NCBI GenBank assembly: GCA_947497195.1
Contig: CANMGM010000002.1
Location: forward strand, 1-38,768
Direction of reading: 5' to 3'
Origin: Bacteroidota bacterium
GTDB lineage: Bacteria; Bacteroidota; Bacteroidia; M30B66
Length of the DNA: 38,768 bases
A program made the position numbers and the translations under genes. Shown piece by piece: positions 36,701 to 38,768 of the stretch. Numbering within the stretch: position 1 is the first letter of the stretch; every line of letters starts with the position of its first letter. A model generated the notes under the pieces. It was not told the origin of the DNA, did not search any database, and saw only the letters and a list, made by a program, of their open reading frames with translations.

Positions 36701-38768
36701 ACCTGCATCCACAATCAACGAGCCCGATAAAGTATTGTTTGTTGTTACCGTAACGGTGTGGAAGTAATTGCTGCCATCGCCAATAAATACGGGTGTGCTC
36801 GATGTAGGAATTGTTGCAGATGCCGGTCCTCCGTACGTCGTATTCGACCAAGTAGATGAGCTGTTCCAGTTACCGTTGGCACGACTGTAATACGGAACCA
36901 CAATACCAAATGCTGCAGGAGCACCGGCCGTAAAATCGCCATCGAAATAGCTCACACCGTTAAATAAAATGGTGTTATTGGTTTCGTTTACCTGATTCAC
37001 ATCGTTAATTGTAGTAAAGGCAATATTCTGGTAATTGTAATAAGCAGGAATATAGCTTGTGTTATCGGCCGAATTGCCATAATTAAACGTGTGGTTGATG
37101 CTGTTTGCAGGAATTCCGCTAAAGCCTGTTCCACGCACTTTCCAGTAATACACAAAGCAGTCGGGATCAGTAACGTAAAGCTGACGGTTTTTCACCGGAC
37201 GCACATTCAAACTGCCCCAGCTTGCCGGTGCTGCCGAAAACTGAATGGTAGCAGGTGTATAGTTGTTGGTAGCCGTTCCGAATGGGAATACAAATGCTGT
37301 AGTGCTGTTATAGGTTTTTACGATACCTCCATCCGACTGGAATCCTGCTGTTTGGATGTAACGGTTATTGCCGAATGTTCCGGTAATGGTTGCCGCTACA
37401 GGTAATATGAGTCGGTAAATGCCAATGTTGAATAAACGATCTGTTGCCAGATTTAGGTTTCCGTTTACGCGAACGGTATTTAAAGCCGTAACGCCTACCG
37501 AACCTACAGCACCTGATGTGCTGGCTATTTCAAGGTTTTGGAATTCACCCAGCCCATTTCCGTCAATGGTTTGTGCGGCCGTTCCGTTGAGGCTTATTTT
37601 ACCGCTTCCGATATGTTGCGCATCGTTCACAATATTGCCCACAAACGAAAGTGTTTTACCTCCATCGTTCAGAACACCATTTAAGATGTTTAATCCGCCC
37701 GCTGCAGCAATAGATGCTACACTGCCTGCTACGGTAAGTGTGCTCGAAGAGCCTTTGTTTACAGTTAAGCTACCTAAGCCCGGAGCAGGTATTACTCCGT
37801 TAACTGTAAAGGTTTGTGGCGTGTTTCCGTTAAAAGCAAGGGTGTTGTTGCCTGAAATTAAGGTGGTGTTAGCATTAACCGCAAAATTTCCGGCAACGTT
37901 GATGTTGTTTCCTTGAGCATTAAAGGTAAGGGCATTGGGCCCTGTAAATACTAAGTCGTTAAGAATTGTGAGTGGCTGCGCCGGAAGCGAATTTGCAGAT
38001 CCATCGTTGAACGGAATAGTGGCCAAACGCGCCTGACCAGTTCCACCGGCTACTGGACGATTGATATTAAGGTTAAATAATGGCGCACGACAGGCGATAT
38101 CGGCATTGAAGTTACCCGAAAGATTCAAGTTGAAGGTTCCGCCTGAAACATTGAAGTTCTGTGCATTTGAGCCGATGGCAATGCCACCGCCGTTTGAACC
38201 AATCCGTGTTACATTGATGGTACCTCCACTCATGGTAAAGCCATTTTCAGCATAAACCAAAGAGAACACTGCCCATTCATTTGAAAGAGAACTATTTCCA
38301 TCAAGATTAAACGTGCCACCGCTCATGATAAAAGAACCGCGGTGAACACCTATAGATAATTGGTTCGATGTGCGGAATAAACCCATATTTACCGTTCCAC
38401 CTGCTATCTCAAATGTGCCCGATTCGCGCAACACTACCGAGCGTTGTCCGTTGGTGCAGGTTAGCGAGCCAGCGGTAATTTTTAAGGTTCCGTAAGGTAC
38501 AATAGCTCCACCAACACCGCCATCGGTAACATTGGCTCCATCAATCCAAAGCGTTGGTAGAACGGTGGTGCTGCCCAAATCGTAATTGCCAACACTACCC
38601 ATACGTGGAATGGTTAAGTTAGGCCCCAAACGCATGGTTCCGCGAACAGGTAAAATGGTAAAAGTGCTACCATTAAAATTAACAGTAGCTGTTGGCGATG
38701 CAGTAAAGAAAGCTTCGTATCCGGTGTTCTTTTCAACATACACATCGAAAAGGGTAGCGGTCGAACCG
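30752..38768 (-). CDS. Giant (>2671 aa, N-terminus off-window) beta-helix/adhesin-like T9SS cargo protein with internal module repeats, a SprB-like repeat, a PKD domain and a type A CTD
   Basis: The ORF is open to the right edge. The track start at 38743 is a GTG, and the in-frame codons upstream (GSTATLFD) have no stop. Composition is N/T/G/S-rich. For the C-terminal domains see the sub-features. Confidence 0.85.
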   Translation of the reverse strand, partial: GSTATLFDVYVEKNTGYEAFFTASPTATVNFNGSTFTILPVRGTMRLGPNLTIPRMGSVGNYDLGSTTVLPTLWIDGANVTDGGVGGAIVPYGTLKITAGSLTCTNGQRSVVLRESGTFEIAGGTVNMGLFRTSNQLSIGVHRGSFIMSGGTFNLDGNSSLSNEWAVFSLVYAENGFTMSGGTINVTRIGSNGGGIAIGSNAQNFNVSGGTFNLNLSGNFNADIACRAPLFNLNINRPVAGGTGQARLATIPFNDGSANSLPAQPLTILNDLVFTGPNALTFNAQGNNINVAGNFAVNANTTLISGNNTLAFNGNTPQTFTVNGVIPAPGLGSLTVNKGSSSTLTVAGSVASIAAAGGLNILNGVLNDGGKTLSFVGNIVNDAQHIGSGKISLNGTAAQTIDGNGLGEFQNLEIASTSGAVGSVGVTALNTVRVNGNLNLATDRLFNIGIYRLILPVAATITGTFGNNRYIQTAGFQSDGGIVKTYNSTTAFVFPFGTATNNYTPATIQFSAAPASWGSLNVRPVKNRQLYVTDPDCFVYYWKVRGTGFSGIPANSINHTFNYGNSADNTSYIPAYYNYQNIAFTTINDVNQVNETNNTILFNGVSYFDGDFTAGAPAAFGIVVPYYSRANGNWNSSSTWSNTTYGGPASATIPTSSTPVFIGDGSNYFHTVTVTTNNTLSGSLIVDAGSTLNLGTTTGHNFGALPFATAGGAGKIQISASGSTAEFPGGDFGIFFTAEGGTAQYSSTSSDFTLPTVTAAPTNMNIPSYRNLILTPGAGRSISMPNANLDLFENLTVSGAVGGIAKLNGAAARTLSIAGNLEVSQGTLQFPAGSNQLVEIAGNCTVGAAGTFDTENAGTAQHTINLTGNLVNNGAIAFNQATKANINFIGNLNRSISGTNGLATTSLNQLTLNKGVGNSVVLDVTVAGTFAAPTNNWLNLVNGTFRLSKAATITLTDQPGVNFIIPSTSALVVNHPSAIVNVAMANSNTSDLVVAGELRILDGTVNVGNSVNNTHNDLEYSSTGIPVLYLEGNAMLNVNGQIRRSVLNLLGSLNYTQKGTSTVLVRGKNPGALNTNHQRAKFEILNEGSSFTMEDNSAIIVDRSGLASLTFGDIYIEPAATSIGGGDIIIGTAFTPSTESVFLMNASPVLNNLIIDGSVSPKTLRMFTNPLTIGNNLSILGSSIFDANSLDVTIGGTLTNQNPITTVGLNVGGFRVISANQITTFNGVNPSQSIIGVGSNVTNFANLVINNNQPSGLLNTNSAIQVNTDLYVLNGDLNLNGSIATVIRNVTNNTAINTSGAGNLIMAGSTAQDIFSSSTGVFGSLRINNLAGVELRAPISVMGTLNLQAGLFYINNHQLTLGQAATVTGTFSQNTMIRTNGVLSDGGIRKLVPATAQDFTFPIGVTLKYTPARINITANNSAGSVILKTVNSKHPATTDPTDKELGYYWNVESSGFGAGTTVNHTYTYIQADALNGLETAYRGGRFFNNTWAPQFGIAGAVNSSLNTINLTGVNYFDGDFTAGEQTEFDQLLVYYSRVNSGNFEDPTSWSTDPLLQHNGAAAVSAPNSNTFVVKVGHTMNVMSNNKTAPIAEINGTLNLFNSIGHNFSVVNGTGTIMLSPTATNTYIFPGGNFSAFVAPGGGTFEYTSTSTATLPAQSTYNNLSITGTGTKNMPNTDLLINGNLSISQGSLNNGTNRNINLKGNFNNNQGIAGFTAGTGTFSLTGAAQSINGATQFTRLTVNGAGIKTLNTSINVSTVLTLSAGVITTGLNQINLANAATVSGGSAVSHINGNLQKGIASASSLKQFEIGDGSVYTPVSINFTGITNGAGNLIVSTTNGEHPNVLTSTLDPNKSVNRYYSIINTGVTGFTAAAATFTFDASDVDGGSNTANFSVGRYAGSWTLPTVGTRTATSIQVTGLTTFGAFQIAEEYVGGLTWNGTVSSDWNNAANWTPNFVPGLSDDVTINPGTFQPTFLSAGNGSCRDITFTAGTSLTVPTGFTLTVAGNWNGANTSIGGQGTVRFTSSAAVHTGTTTFSGILSVATGANLNTGDGIVLKNNASLMHGAGTTGAGGNVSGRIIVQRAGQSSTTSYNFWSSPISNGNVSALGGNRYFYNPNGATANDVEGLRQGWSLATGAMTNGRGYIATGTGTANFNGFANNGNLSFGPTTLGTHTSFNLIGNPYPSAISASAFVAANPNITGLALYFWDDDGSSGSTYAAQDYAVWNNLGIVSGPNSGTSFTGNIASCQAFFIESTASSLIQFNNGMRTTQNNAFFVDEAVQRLWISVTTETNDYNETLIAFRSDATDGMDVQYDAKKFRGNEHIALYSKAAGNDLAIQAIPELNTDRIVELGLEADVAGPQTLRLKHVDNLPEHAQIVLEDTRLGVFQNLQNNPVYHFNYAGAEDVARFRLHFMPGVFMSTSSESCAQNDGSIQLSSASATPWNYTVRNANGAVVANGNDFIGTTAVNNLPGGNYDVELSNSFGSIIQQTLQVAAGQAVNATLNASETDVIASQSAIAFTAIANGATDYTWNFGDGSSVSGITNPLHLYTQPGVYTVTLIASNSICMAIQTIEIRVSASTTSIANQQAEVFSIFPNPAEDFAMVQLNLPEAEKSLRMDVLDMSGRLVMSRSFTQVAKETQLEIDLSGINAGVYQLLVRGEKFSTASRFTKAD
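30755..31006 (-). other. T9SS type A C-terminal sorting domain of the giant protein
   Basis: The last 84 aa read EVFSIFPNPAEDFAMVQLNL...LDMSGRLVMS...LSGINAGVYQLLVRGEKFSTASRFTKAD, which is the canonical pattern. Confidence 0.8.
31040..31279 (-). other. PKD domain of the giant protein
   Basis: The domain reads IAFTAIANGATDYTWNFGDGSSVSGITNPLHLYTQPGVYTVTLIASN. Confidence 0.75.

Noticed and set aside
37419-37916. Long + strand ORFs inside the giant gene (for example 37419-37916 at 165 aa and 35016-35426 at 136 aa)
   Set aside because: They lie antisense to a continuous 8-kb reading frame that has clear domain signatures. Their translations are low-complexity mirror images of the N/T/G-rich codons.

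Overview
A 38.8-kb chromosomal segment that looks like Bacteroidota. The evidence is two proteins ending in T9SS-type C-terminal sorting domains, TAnnTTTG-type -7 boxes in front of several genes, and GWxTD, DUF4468 and DUF2027-Smr families. I support about 25 protein genes.

Housekeeping genes: an M1 aminopeptidase cut by the left edge, carB, tsaD, def, ruvX, msrB and a YyaL-type thioredoxin-domain protein.

Envelope genes: a tight TamB - GWxTD - LpxL-like acyltransferase - GT2 operon.

Secreted proteins: a small PKD protein, a double-propeller Asp-box T9SS cargo, and a giant adhesin-like T9SS cargo of more than 2671 aa that runs off the right edge.

Single-gene accessory-looking inserts: a DUF1016/YhcG PD-(D/E)xK nuclease, an orphan XRE regulator, and an AAA+ ATPase with a nuclease-like C-terminus.

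I found no tRNA, rRNA, CRISPR array, transposase or integrase.

The most unusual non-coding DNA is the 470-bp spacer at 30282-30751. It holds an AT-rich tract with three direct repeats spaced exactly 51 bp apart next to the AAA+ ATPase gene. A GC-rich, AGCG-rich structured island follows, and then a strong terminator.

Other points worth a second look:
- a LysR/OxyR-like gene reduced to its HTH domain and abutting the next gene
- carB lacking the allosteric domain
- a perfect 13+3+13 palindrome inside the DUF1016 gene
- a perfect 15-bp in-frame tandem duplication in the YyaL-type gene
- a triplicated module inside the giant adhesin

All functional calls come from motif recognition by eye; no database search was run.
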